In this document: positions 18,993 to 29,075 of the stretch, in pieces
How the letters are laid out: every line of letters starts with the position of its first letter
How positions within the stretch are numbered: the stretch's first letter is position 1
DNA from: a bacterium
Lineage (GTDB): Bacteria; Hinthialibacterota; Hinthialibacteria; Hinthialibacterales; Hinthialibacteraceae
NCBI GenBank assembly: GCA_041946805.1
Contig: JBHGBC010000011.1
Location: forward strand, 4,151-68,150
Direction of reading: 5' to 3'
DNA length: 64,000 bases
The notes under the pieces: model-generated
The model's database searches: none
Seen by the model: only the letters and a program-made list of their open reading frames with translations
Told to the model about the DNA's origin: nothing
Translations under genes and position numbers: made by a program

Positions 18993-19649
18993 GTGAGTGA
19001 AGCGGAATCCATCCACAGTACCTGGAATTCCATCGTGACTGCCATGAACGATCAAGAAATGCTTCGCGCCGCGATAACCGTCATCGAGAACGAAGCCCAG
19101 GCGGTTCGCGCGGTGGCCGGTCAACTCGATGGCAGCCTGACCGAAACTTTACTCCGCCTCCTGGAGTGTGCGGGCCACGTGCTGGTGACGGGGACGGGCA
19201 CGTCGCGCTTCGTGGCGGAACGCTTCGCGCATCTGCTTTGCTGCAGCGGAACGCCCGCCCTGTTCATCAACGCGGCGGACAGCCTGCATGGCGGGGCGGG
19301 AGCCGTCACCGCCCGGGACGTGGTCTTCATCATATCCAAGGGCGGCCGGAGCGCGGAAATCAACCAGTTCGCCGCCATCGCCCGGACTCGGGGCGCGGGC
19401 CTGATCGCCCTGACCGAAACCGCCGATTCTCCCTTGGCGCAAACCTGCGATCTCATTTTGCGGATCAAAGCCGCGGAAGGAGTGGATCCCTACGGGATGA
19501 TCGCCACGGGCAGTTCGCTGGTCAACGCGGCCGTCTGTGACGCCCTTTGTGTGCTTGTGCTCCAATTGCGAGGCTACACGCGGGAGCAGTTCCGCCAAAC
19601 GCATCCCGGGGGCGCGGTGGGACAGCAGTGGGAAGAGAAGAAATCCTGA
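18993..19649 (+). CDS. SIS-domain sugar-phosphate isomerase (KpsF/GutQ-like, no CBS pair)
   Basis: VLVTGTGTS, GTPALF..AADSLHG, IISKGGRSAEI and F...HPGGAVG. Confidence 0.85.
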   Translation: MSEAESIHSTWNSIVTAMNDQEMLRAAITVIENEAQAVRAVAGQLDGSLTETLLRLLECAGHVLVTGTGTSRFVAERFAHLLCCSGTPALFINAADSLHGGAGAVTARDVVFIISKGGRSAEINQFAAIARTRGAGLIALTETADSPLAQTCDLILRIKAAEGVDPYGMIATGSSLVNAAVCDALCVLVLQLRGYTREQFRQTHPGGAVGQQWEEKKS

Positions 19650-19850
19650 ATTGGTTGAGTCTTTTTAAGGAAAGGCCTCGATGGGCCCGCATGCCGTAAT
19701 GTCTTCTGCGCGCTGAACGCGCGGCATGAGCAGAGCCCGGGGCGTAAGCCCTGGGGACGGTGAACAACCAACCCCTGAACCCCTGAAGGCGCCATCTATT
19801 GCCTCATGCGGAGGCGTTAATAGTCCCCAGGAAAGGTAGCGTGAAACCAA

Positions 19851-20909
19851 TTGCAAGCGGCGTTTATCACGGGCCCCCAACAAATTGAGTTAAGGGAGAT
19901 CCCCGTTCCCGCCGTACCCGAGGACGGCTTGCTTTTGCGCGTGGAGGCCTGCGGCGTGTGCGGCTCGGACCTCCGGCGTTGGAACGAGGGGCCTCTTCCC
20001 GGCGCGGCGGCGGTGATCCCCGGGCATGAAGCGGCGGGCGTGGTGCTCGAGACCGGCCCACAATGCTCCGGATTTACTCCCGGCGACCGCCTCGCGATCG
20101 CCCCGGATATCCATTGCGGTGCGTGTTACTACTGCCGCCGGGGATTATTCAACCTATGCGATCATCTCCAGCTGGTGGGCATCACGCCCGGAATCCACGG
20201 AGCGTTCGCTGATCAGCTGGTCCTGACGCGGCGGATCCTCGAAAACGGCATCGTTCATGCTATGCCTGCCGGGATGCCTTTTTCCGAGGCGGCCTTCGCC
20301 GAACCGGCCTGTTCGGTCTTATCAGTGTATCAACGGTTCGGTGTGCAATTCGGCGAGACCATCGTCGTCATCGGGGCGGGACCGATCGGGTGCCTCTTCA
20401 CGTTCTTGGGCAAAATCCGTAATGCGCGAGTGATTGTATCCGAAGCCAGCGCGGCCCGCCGGGACATCGCCGCGCGCTTTCAGCCGGACGCCCTGCTGGA
20501 TCCCGGCGCCGAGGATCCCGTTCAGCGGGTTCGGGAACTGACCCAGGGGGTGGGGGCGGACCTGGTGATCTGCGCCAATCCGGTCGCGGCAACACAAACC
20601 CTGGCCGTGGAAATGGTCCGCAAGCGGGGCCGCGTGGTCCTCTTCGGTGGATTGCCCAAGGCCGATCCCATGACCCGGCTCGACGCCAACCGCGTCCATT
20701 ACGGGGAAATCGAGGTCGCGGGCGCGTTTTCTTATCATCCGGTCATCCACGAAACCGCCCTGGATTTGATCCACCGGAAGATCATCCCGGCGGACCGATT
20801 CATCACCCACACGTTTCCGCTTGAACACATCCGGGAGGCGCTGGCCGCCGCCGCCTCCGCCACGGGACTCAAAGTCTTGGTGGAAAGAGAAAGAAGGCTG
20901 GGTACATGA
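19851..20909 (+). CDS. Zn-dependent (MDR) polyol/sugar alcohol dehydrogenase
   Basis: CGVCGSD, GHE.AG, CGACYYC..G..NLC and GAGPIG motifs. Confidence 0.92.
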   Translation: MQAAFITGPQQIELREIPVPAVPEDGLLLRVEACGVCGSDLRRWNEGPLPGAAAVIPGHEAAGVVLETGPQCSGFTPGDRLAIAPDIHCGACYYCRRGLFNLCDHLQLVGITPGIHGAFADQLVLTRRILENGIVHAMPAGMPFSEAAFAEPACSVLSVYQRFGVQFGETIVVIGAGPIGCLFTFLGKIRNARVIVSEASAARRDIAARFQPDALLDPGAEDPVQRVRELTQGVGADLVICANPVAATQTLAVEMVRKRGRVVLFGGLPKADPMTRLDANRVHYGEIEVAGAFSYHPVIHETALDLIHRKIIPADRFITHTFPLEHIREALAAAASATGLKVLVERERRLGT

Positions 20910-22255
20910 TTGGACTGCACGAAGAATTGCTGCTACGCGAACAGGAGAAGAATCCGGTGAAGATCGGCCTGATCGGCGCCGGGCAGATGGGCACCGATGT
21001 CTGCGCCCAGGTCAGCATGATGCGCGGCATCGACATCGTGGCCGCCGCCGATATCGACATCGAACGCGCCCGCCGGGCCTTCGTCATCGCCCGGCTGGAG
21101 GGGGAGGCCGTGACGGTGGACACGCCGGAGGCAGCGGACGGGGCCGTGCGCGCGGGCAAGCGCGTCGCCGTTGCCGACTTCCGTGTCATCACGGACATGC
21201 GCTCCATCGATGTGATGCTCGAATCGACCGGCGTTCCCGAAATCGGAGCGCGGGCGGCTCTCCGCGCGGCCCGGAACGGGAAGCACCTGGCCATGATGAA
21301 CGTCGAAACCGACATCACGGTAGGCCCCCTCCTCAACTGGTACGCCAATCAACAGGGCGTGCGGTACGCGCTCGCCGCCGGGGACGAACCCGCCGCCTGC
21401 AAGGAACTGTACGATTTCGCCCAATCCCTGGGATTCACCATCGTCGCCGCGGGCAAGGGGAAAAACAATCCGCTCGACCGGCACGCCACGCCGGACGATG
21501 AAACCTGGCGTAAGGAAGCCGCGCGCCGGGGACTCACTCCCAACATGTTGATCGAGTTCGTGGACGGCAGCAAAACCATGATTGAAATGGCCGCGGTCTC
21601 CAACGCCACCGGCCTGGTTCCCGACGTTCGCGGGATGCACGGTCCGATAACCAGCCGCGACGAACTTCATCGTACCTTTGCCGTGCAAGAACACGGCGGC
21701 GTCCTGAACCAGGCCGGCGTGGTCGATTACGGCATCGGTCCGGTCGCTCCGGGGGTGTTTTTGATCGTCACCACCCCGCATCCCCGCCTGCGCGAGGCCC
21801 TCATCCTGCGGGACATGGGCGACGGTCCTTATTACACGCTGTTCCGGCCGTACCATCTGTGCAGCATCGAGGTGCCCCTCACCTGCGCGATGCTGGCCAT
21901 CCGCGGGAAATCCAACATGGTCCCCCTCGGCCGTCTCGTCTCCGAAGTCTTCGCGGTGGCCAAACGGGACCTGTCGCCGGGCGAGGTCCTGGACGGCATC
22001 GGCGGAACCACGTTCTACGGCCTGATCGACCGCTACGAAACCGCCCGCCAGGAAAGACTGCTGCCCATCGGTCTGGTCAAGGGCGCCAAAATAACTCGCC
22101 CGGTTTCCAAAGACTCACCGATTTCGTATGATGATGCCGTGCTGCACGAACCCTCGGCGGTTTTGGATCTGCGCCGCCTGCAGGACGCCTGGATGCAGGG
22201 AGAAATTACAGAAAACGAACTGCTCGCGCGGATCGGGCGGATCGAGAGCGAATGA
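20906..22255 (+). CDS. NAD(P)-dependent oxidoreductase with C-terminal SAF domain (COG4091-like)
   Basis: IGLIGAGQMG, MNVE.DITVGP, GDEP, AAGKGKNNP, DGSKTMIEMAAVSNATG, RPYHL and AVAKRDL.PGE.LDGIGG. Overlaps the previous gene by 4 nt. Confidence 0.85.
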   Translation: MIGLHEELLLREQEKNPVKIGLIGAGQMGTDVCAQVSMMRGIDIVAAADIDIERARRAFVIARLEGEAVTVDTPEAADGAVRAGKRVAVADFRVITDMRSIDVMLESTGVPEIGARAALRAARNGKHLAMMNVETDITVGPLLNWYANQQGVRYALAAGDEPAACKELYDFAQSLGFTIVAAGKGKNNPLDRHATPDDETWRKEAARRGLTPNMLIEFVDGSKTMIEMAAVSNATGLVPDVRGMHGPITSRDELHRTFAVQEHGGVLNQAGVVDYGIGPVAPGVFLIVTTPHPRLREALILRDMGDGPYYTLFRPYHLCSIEVPLTCAMLAIRGKSNMVPLGRLVSEVFAVAKRDLSPGEVLDGIGGTTFYGLIDRYETARQERLLPIGLVKGAKITRPVSKDSPISYDDAVLHEPSAVLDLRRLQDAWMQGEITENELLARIGRIESE

Positions 22256-22574
22256 GAGTATCGTGGGACTTTGCCGAGGGTTAAAACCTTCGGCTGCTTT
22301 TGGCGGCCCCTTGATAGGGGCGCAGGGGAGATGACGGCGGGTGAAGGGTGATCGAATGGCTTCCCCTCACCCGGATCCTCTCCCGGAGGGAGAGGGAAAT
22401 GCTTAAAAGGCTGGCAAACATGTCATCCCCGCGCTGCCGGGAATCCAGGCCCGGGGTTTTGATGGATGGCGCGTGGCGCGCTAATCCATCCTCCCAAATT
22501 CCAAAACGCACGAATGATCTATCCAAACCATCTTGAGTTCGATCATAGAGGACATTCAACGAAAGGCAAAAACC

Positions 22575-23981
22575 ATGGCCAAGGCAACCATCGCCGTAAT
22601 TGTCGGCAACCGGGATTTCTTTCCGGACCGTCTGATTTCCGAAGGCCGGCAGGATATTCTCCAATTGTTCCAGGAACTGGATATCGAACCGGTGATTCTG
22701 AGTGAAACCGACACCAAACTGGGCGCGGTCGAAACCTGGGCGCAGGCCAAGCGCTGCGCCGAGCTGTTCAAGGCCCACCGGGAGCGGATCGACGGCGTGT
22801 TGGTCACGCTGCCCAACTTCGGGGATGAAAAAGGCGTCGCCGATACGCTGAAACTCTCCGGCCTGGATGTCCCCGTCCTGGTCCAGGCCTATCCCGACAA
22901 CCTCAAGGAGCTGAACGTGGAACGCCGGCGGGACGCGTTCTGCGGCAAGATCTCGGCATGCAGCAATCTCCGCCAATACCGCATTCCCTTCTCGCTCACC
23001 ACGCTCCACACCGTACATCCGCTGGACGAAAGCTTCCTATCCGATTTCCGGCGCTTCATCGCCATCGGCAAGGTGGTCAAGGGCCTCAAGAACGCCCGGG
23101 TGGGAGCCATCGGCGCGCGGCCCAACGCCTTCAACACCGTCCGTTACAGTGAAAAGTTGCTGGAGGAATCGGGGATCAGCGTCTCCACCATCGACCTGTC
23201 CGAAATCATCGGCAAGGCGCAAAAATTGCCGGATAGCGACCCGCGGATCAAGCAAACTCTGGCGGAAATCAACGCCTACGCCGGCGCGGGCAGCGTGCCC
23301 CAGGCCCCTTTGGTGGCCATGGCCAAACTTTCCGTGGTCATCCGGGATTGGATGCGCCAGTACGATTTGAACGCCACCGCCATTCAATGTTGGACCTCTC
23401 TCCAGGAAAATTATGGCGTCAACCCCTGCACCCTCATGAGCATGATGAGCGAGCAACTCCTGCCCAGCGCCTGCGAGGTGGACATCACCGGCGTGGTGGC
23501 CATGTACGCGCTGCAACTGGCCTCCAACCGCCCCAGCGCCCTGGTGGACTGGAACAACAACTATGGGGACGATCCCGGCAAATGCGTCTTTTTCCATTGC
23601 GGCAACTGGGCCAAATCGTTCCTGCCGGACATCCAGATCAAAACCGCCGACATCCTGGAAACCACGCTCGGCGCCGGCAAAACCTACGGCGCGGTCGCGG
23701 GCCGTACGCCCGCCGGGCCGTTGACGTTCGCCCGGGTCAGCACCGACGACACGTGCGGGATCATCCGCGCCTACGTGGGTGAAGGCCTCTTCACCGACGA
23801 TCCCCTGGAGACCTTCGGCGCCCGGGCGGTGGCCCATGTTCCCAACCTGCAAGGCTTGATGCAATACATCTGCAACTATGGCTTCGAGCACCATGTTGCC
23901 ATGAACGCCTCGCAAACCGCCGGAATCCTCTACGAGGCATTCGACAAGTACTTGAATTGGGATGTCTATCTCCATATGTGA
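22575..23981 (+). CDS. L-fucose/L-arabinose isomerase family protein
   Basis: GNRDFFP, LPNFGDE, RRDAFCGKIS, AIQCW, ACEVD, FHCGN and GFEHHVAM. Confidence 0.88.
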   Translation: MAKATIAVIVGNRDFFPDRLISEGRQDILQLFQELDIEPVILSETDTKLGAVETWAQAKRCAELFKAHRERIDGVLVTLPNFGDEKGVADTLKLSGLDVPVLVQAYPDNLKELNVERRRDAFCGKISACSNLRQYRIPFSLTTLHTVHPLDESFLSDFRRFIAIGKVVKGLKNARVGAIGARPNAFNTVRYSEKLLEESGISVSTIDLSEIIGKAQKLPDSDPRIKQTLAEINAYAGAGSVPQAPLVAMAKLSVVIRDWMRQYDLNATAIQCWTSLQENYGVNPCTLMSMMSEQLLPSACEVDITGVVAMYALQLASNRPSALVDWNNNYGDDPGKCVFFHCGNWAKSFLPDIQIKTADILETTLGAGKTYGAVAGRTPAGPLTFARVSTDDTCGIIRAYVGEGLFTDDPLETFGARAVAHVPNLQGLMQYICNYGFEHHVAMNASQTAGILYEAFDKYLNWDVYLHM

Positions 23982-23999
23982 TTCCAGAGGAACCGTTGC

Positions 24000-25511
24000 A
24001 TGTCGCTCATTGGATTGGATATCGGCACCACCGGGTGCAAGTCCGTTGTCTTTGATGCCCAGGGAACCATCCTGGGCCAAGGCGCGCGCGAGTACGCCAT
24101 CCTGACGCCGAATCCCCAGTGGGCTGAACAGGACGCCGAAGCCGTCTGGCGGCTGGCGTTGGAAGCGATCCAAACCGCTCTTCTCTCTGTCCCCGCGCAT
24201 GATCCACCCCGCGCCTTGGCTTTGTCCGTGCAAGGCGAGGCGGTCATTCCGGTGGACCGCGAAAGCCGCGCTCTTCGTCACGCCATTCTGGGCATGGACA
24301 CCCGCACCGGTGGGGAAAACGCCTGGCTGGCCTCCCATTTCGGTCCCGAGGCGTTGTTTCATGTCACCGGCATGCCGCTGCACACCATCAACACCCTCCC
24401 CAAGTTGCTGTGGCTGCAACGCCATGAGCCGGACCTGTGGAAAACCGCCCACCAATTTTTGCTCTACGAAGACTTCTTTCTGCGCCGCCTGGGTGGCGTG
24501 GCTTGGATCAGCCATTGCCTGGCCTCACGCACGCAACTCTACGATCTCCAGCAGGGCGATTGGGCGGATTCTCTCCTCGATGAATGCGGGATCGAACGCG
24601 AGCGCCTCGCGCCCCTGGCCCCGCTGGCCGGCGGCCCGGTGGGGATGCTGCTTCCCGAAGTGGCGAAACAACTAGGTATCCGCCATGAAGTGATCCTGGC
24701 TTCCGGCGGGCACGACCAGGCCTGCGCGGCGCTCGGCAGCGGCGTGATCCGCGAAGGGCAAGCCCTGGTTTCCACCGGGACCGCCGAAGTGGTGGAAGTC
24801 GCTCTGCGGACCCCCGCGCTGAACCAACACCTGCGGGAGAGCAATATCTCCGTGTACCGCCATGTCACGGGAGGGCTGTATCTCGCGATGACGCTGAATC
24901 ATTGCGGGGGATTGCTGCTGCGGTGGTTCCGGGACGCATTCTGCGAGCCGCAAGTCCTCCAAGCTGCCGCCTCCCACGACGATCCTTACAACCTCATTCT
25001 GAACCACGCTCCGCCCGCGCCCACCGGCCTCCTGGTCCTGCCTCATTTCGCCGGCAGTGGAACGCCATGGCTGGATACGTCCTCCAAGGGAGCCATTCTT
25101 GGCCTGACGCTCTCCACCAACCGCCCCACGCTGGCCAAGGGCATCCTGGAAGGCTTGACGTTTGAATTGCGGGTGAATCTGGATCTCTTGCGCAAGGCGG
25201 GCGTTTCCATCAGCGAATTGCGCACCGTCGGCGGGGGAGCGAAAAGTCCACTCTGGCTGCGGCTGAAGGCGGACATCGGCCAGGTTCCGCTGTGCGTTCC
25301 CCAGGTCACCGAAGCGGCCTGCCTGGGCGCGGCGCTGCTGGCCGGCGCGGCCGCGGGCGTCTATCCGGATCTAGAAACAGCCGTTACCCAAACCGTCCAC
25401 ATTCGGGACCGGATCGCGCCCGATCCCGCCACGGCGGCCGCCTACCAAGGGCTTTATGAAACGTATCAGCGGTTGTATCCCGCGTTGAAGGCGCTCCATG
25501 TTGGTAATTAA
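24000..25511 (+). CDS. FGGY-family carbohydrate kinase (xylulokinase-like)
   Basis: [33 protein letters not shown] and GGGAKS.LW. Confidence 0.93.
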   Translation: MSLIGLDIGTTGCKSVVFDAQGTILGQGAREYAILTPNPQWAEQDAEAVWRLALEAIQTALLSVPAHDPPRALALSVQGEAVIPVDRESRALRHAILGMDTRTGGENAWLASHFGPEALFHVTGMPLHTINTLPKLLWLQRHEPDLWKTAHQFLLYEDFFLRRLGGVAWISHCLASRTQLYDLQQGDWADSLLDECGIERERLAPLAPLAGGPVGMLLPEVAKQLGIRHEVILASGGHDQACAALGSGVIREGQALVSTGTAEVVEVALRTPALNQHLRESNISVYRHVTGGLYLAMTLNHCGGLLLRWFRDAFCEPQVLQAAASHDDPYNLILNHAPPAPTGLLVLPHFAGSGTPWLDTSSKGAILGLTLSTNRPTLAKGILEGLTFELRVNLDLLRKAGVSISELRTVGGGAKSPLWLRLKADIGQVPLCVPQVTEAACLGAALLAGAAAGVYPDLETAVTQTVHIRDRIAPDPATAAAYQGLYETYQRLYPALKALHVGN

Positions 25512-25753
25512 CTGTCAGAATCGTTACCTCCGCGGTAACGATTAACTTGAATCCGCCCTTGATCCCCTGGCCCTCTCCCAAGGAGAAAGGGCCAGGGGGT
25601 GGGAATGATCTGGGTGTCCGCCCGCCAGAGGAAGAGGATGGAATACTTTTTTCACCGCCAAGTACACATTTGCCGGATGAACCCATTTTCTCTTCAGTCA
25701 GGTATTCAGTTCGTGAATGGCATACGATTCACCGGTCCTCAAAGGAAAATCAC

Positions 25754-26983
25754 ATGGTTCGAAAAATCGTCCTTCTCCCTCTCCTTCTCCTTTTCACCAT
25801 CCCCGGGGCGTTCGCGTCCGGCACATTGGCGAAAATCGAAACGGTGCCACAAGCGCTCGCGTGGTTGAAATCCACCTCCACGCGCATGATTCAGGAAAGC
25901 CGGCGTCCCATGGCCGATGGCACGGCCGCGTTTCCCCCGCAGGTGGGCAAGGGCTACGAGGCGTTCTGGCTGAGGGATTACGCGTACATGCTGGAAGGCA
26001 ACCTTGCCGCTTTCGAAAACCGGGAACTGATCGAAGCCTGCCGGCTCTTTGTCAAATCCATGCGGGAAGACGGCGCGGGAGTCGATTGCGTGCGGTTCGA
26101 CGGCACGCCCATTTACAAGCCGGGAATGGGCGGCATGGGCGAGAATCCCGTCGCCGACGGATCGCAATTTACAATCAAGGTGGCCTGGTATACCTATCAT
26201 AAGACACGAGACCGGGCCCTGGTCCGGGAAATCATCGGCCGCCTGGTGCAATGCCTGAACGCCTGCCCCAGGCATCCGGAAAGCGGCCTGGTGTATATCG
26301 ATCCGTCCCGCGAATACGACCGTTGCCCCTACGGATTCACCGATACCGTCCGCATGAAGGGCGAAACCTTGTTCTGCAGCCTGTTGTTTGTCGAAGCGGC
26401 GCGCGAACTGGCCGGTCTGTTGCGCGTGGCGGACCGGAACCGGGAGGCGGAGGAATGGCTGGCGGAATCCCACCGGGTGGCCGCCAAAATCCGGCGGATC
26501 TTTTGGGACAATGAAATCGGCCTGTTCCGCGCGGCCACCGTCCAGTGCCGGGAGCCGGATATTTGGGGTTCGGCCTATGCCGTATACACCGGGATCGCGG
26601 ATACGGAACAATCGAAACGCATCGCTGCGTATTTTGCTGATCATTATTCGGAGCTCACCCAGCACGGCCAGGTCCGGCACACCCCCGCCGGCGTGTATTG
26701 GGAAGCGGCGAACCCCCGGGACGAGTATCAGAACGGCGGCTATTGGGCCACGCCGTCCGGATGGTTCGCGTATACATTGAACCTGGCGGATCCCCAGAAA
26801 GCGGACCGCCTGATCGTCGAGCTGGTGAATGACCTGCAAAAACGCAACTGTCCTGAATGGATCTTCAACGAGCGCACCCAACTGCCCGGATACAACGCCA
26901 GCGCGGCCCTGCCCATCGCGGGGATCGAGAAAATGCTGCGCCAACGCGAGGCGCAAGCCGGAAAAGGCGAGATTCACCGCTGA
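25754..26983 (+). CDS. Secreted six-hairpin (alpha/alpha-barrel) glycosidase-like protein
   Basis: Start MVRKIVLL after AAAGGA; signal peptide. Y.AFWLRDYAY, YGFTDTV and YQNGGYWATP.GW. Confidence 0.7.
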   Translation: MVRKIVLLPLLLLFTIPGAFASGTLAKIETVPQALAWLKSTSTRMIQESRRPMADGTAAFPPQVGKGYEAFWLRDYAYMLEGNLAAFENRELIEACRLFVKSMREDGAGVDCVRFDGTPIYKPGMGGMGENPVADGSQFTIKVAWYTYHKTRDRALVREIIGRLVQCLNACPRHPESGLVYIDPSREYDRCPYGFTDTVRMKGETLFCSLLFVEAARELAGLLRVADRNREAEEWLAESHRVAAKIRRIFWDNEIGLFRAATVQCREPDIWGSAYAVYTGIADTEQSKRIAAYFADHYSELTQHGQVRHTPAGVYWEAANPRDEYQNGGYWATPSGWFAYTLNLADPQKADRLIVELVNDLQKRNCPEWIFNERTQLPGYNASAALPIAGIEKMLRQREAQAGKGEIHR

Positions 26984-27257
26984 GACGCGGAGGACGCGGA
27001 GAGAATGTAGGGGCCCGTTGCCACATGCCTCTATTCACGCAACGGGCTGCTACCCTCTCCCTCTCCCTCTGGGAGAGGGCCAGGGTGAGGGAAAGCCTGC
27101 AAAGGCGCCATGCAGCATATCCGTGGAAACTGTCCATTCCTGTCTCCCCCGTTCGGCGAATCTGGTTGACAGGGAAAGCGCGTTCATGAGAGAATGAACC
27201 GATTGATCGTGATTCATTTCTTATTTCGATGAGGTTTCATCACCGGGAGGTTGTATC

Positions 27258-27884
27258 ATGCGTATCGCCGGAGATGCCCGCAAGATCCGCCAGGGATTCA
27301 CCTTGATCGAATTGCTGATCGTCGTGGCGATTATCGGCATCCTGGCCGCGATCGCCGTGCCCAATTTCCTGAACGCGCAGGTGCGCTCCAAGGTCGCCAA
27401 GGCCGAGAGCGAAATGAATTCGTTCGTAACCGCCTGCGAGATGTACCGCATCGACCACGGCCAGTATTTTCCCCATGCGGGGTATCCCAACAGCGTCATT
27501 CACGCGCCCTGGCAGAACAAATATCTCACCACCCCGGTCGCCTATTTTTCCGCCCAGCCCCGCGATCCCTTCCAGGACATTGCCGTTCAAGATGCGAATT
27601 CCTGGAACCTGACTTTCGGGATGTATCACCTGGAAAACATCTTCATGAAGGATGGCTCGTATTACGCCGGGGGGGCGATGGATCCCAATCTGCGCGTTCC
27701 CAACAATCCCGCCGACGTGGCCCGCGCCTTCGCCAACCGCCCCCATTCCTATGAGTTGTGGAGCGTTGGCCCGAACAACAAACTCGATTACAACGTGTCC
27801 GGCAGCGGGATCACGGGCTTCATTTATTACCGCGCCAGCAACGGCGTGCAGAGCCTGGGCGACATCGTCTGGATCCGCCCCTGA
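27258..27884 (+). CDS. Prepilin-type (GspG-like) protein, paralogue 2
   Basis: G|FTLIELLIVVAIIGILAAIAVPNFLNAQVRSKVAK; LTTPVAY..DPF, WSVGPN and YRASNG..SLGDI. Confidence 0.88.
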   Translation: MRIAGDARKIRQGFTLIELLIVVAIIGILAAIAVPNFLNAQVRSKVAKAESEMNSFVTACEMYRIDHGQYFPHAGYPNSVIHAPWQNKYLTTPVAYFSAQPRDPFQDIAVQDANSWNLTFGMYHLENIFMKDGSYYAGGAMDPNLRVPNNPADVARAFANRPHSYELWSVGPNNKLDYNVSGSGITGFIYYRASNGVQSLGDIVWIRP

Positions 27885-27894
27885 AGGAGACAAG

Positions 27895-28818
27895 GTGAAT
27901 CAACCTTCGAACGAGGCCATCAACCGGCGTGATTTTGTGAAGTCCGCTTCGTCTATTGCGGCGCTCGCGGGATTCGGCTTCCTGGCCGGAAATTCCGCGC
28001 GCGGTTCCTTGGCCTCGGCGGACCTCGAATCGCGCCTCTTCATCATGGACACCTGGTTTTGGGACAACCAGCTGGACGCGGCCCGCCAGGTGGAAATCCT
28101 CAAGCGGATCGGCGTTCCCCGGGGGAGCGACTGCCGCAACCAGTGGGACGCCTTCCCTAACGTGCTTAAGTCTTTCGACCAGGCCGGCGTGGCCATGGCG
28201 GCGGTTTATCTCCGCCTGGATCTCGGCACGGAGGAAGTGCCCGCGTATGTCCCTGCCCTGTTCCAATCGTTAAAAGGCCACGGTACATTATTGTGGGTCA
28301 ATCCAGCCAGCGGGAAATTCAAGCCGTCGGATCCGGCGGGGGACGCGGCCGCCGTGGCGCTGCTGCGGAGGCTCGATGAATTGGCGAAGCCCGCCGGGCT
28401 GCCGATATCGCTGTATCACCACCGCGGCGACTGGCTGGAAAAGGCCGGCGACGCGTTCCGCGTGGCGGACAAGACGGAACTCGAGAACGTGGGCTGCACG
28501 TTCAACCTCTATCACTGGTTGGCCACGGAAGGTCCCGAGAATCTGGAAGCCATCACCAAAACCGTGTTCTCCAAACTGAACTGCCTCAACATCAACGGCG
28601 CGATGAAGGATTCCGCCGCGCTGGACGTGCGGAAGGCCATCCTGCCCTTGGGCGAGGGCGATTACGATGTGGAACATTGCGTCCGGACGTTCGTGAAACT
28701 CGGCTACCGGGGCCCCATCGGCTTGCAAGGCTACGGCATCGGCGGCGATGTGGAAGCCAAGCTGATCCAATCCCGCAACGCCTGGCGGGGGATGTGCGAG
28801 CGGATTGCGAAGGGGTGA
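27895..28818 (+). CDS. Tat-exported sugar-phosphate isomerase/epimerase (xylose-isomerase-like TIM barrel)
   Basis: GTG after GAAGGAGA, 10 nt after the pilin stop. NRRDFVK Tat motif; LYHH, TFNLYHW, LPLGEGDYD and GYRGPIGLQGY. Confidence 0.78.
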   Translation: MNQPSNEAINRRDFVKSASSIAALAGFGFLAGNSARGSLASADLESRLFIMDTWFWDNQLDAARQVEILKRIGVPRGSDCRNQWDAFPNVLKSFDQAGVAMAAVYLRLDLGTEEVPAYVPALFQSLKGHGTLLWVNPASGKFKPSDPAGDAAAVALLRRLDELAKPAGLPISLYHHRGDWLEKAGDAFRVADKTELENVGCTFNLYHWLATEGPENLEAITKTVFSKLNCLNINGAMKDSAALDVRKAILPLGEGDYDVEHCVRTFVKLGYRGPIGLQGYGIGGDVEAKLIQSRNAWRGMCERIAKG

Positions 28819-28900
28819 ATCTGGAGCTGATGCAGGCTGAGTGAGTTTCTGTTGAGAATTCGCAAGAAAAGATTGGACGAAATGAAGTAAGGTCATTTAA

Positions 28901-29060
28901 GCGCCAACGGCGCGCCAGAATCTAGCCCAGAGTCACGCCCTGGGAAAAGAACGATAAAAGGAATAATTCCCTCTTCCTCTGGGAGAGGGCCAGGGTGAGG
29001 GAAGCCCTGAAAGGGCGAAATTCAACCTATCTCTGCAATCGAGTAATCATAAACAGTTAC
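28901..29060 (+). repeat. Composite REP/MITE-like element
   Basis: Hairpin B + hairpin A + GCCCTGAAAGGGC tail ending ATCGAGTAA..AAACAGTTAC. The tail is shared with 59392-59557, 46056-46215 and 941-1022. Confidence 0.75.
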
Positions 29061-29075
29061 CATAGGAGAACCGTC

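Noticed and set aside
25547-25753. N-terminal extensions in the ORF track (also at 6905, 13535, 28995, 32683, 38459, 48885, 53873, 59616)
   Set aside because: They run through REP or intergenic DNA. Downstream starts have a better RBS and put signal peptides at the N-terminus.
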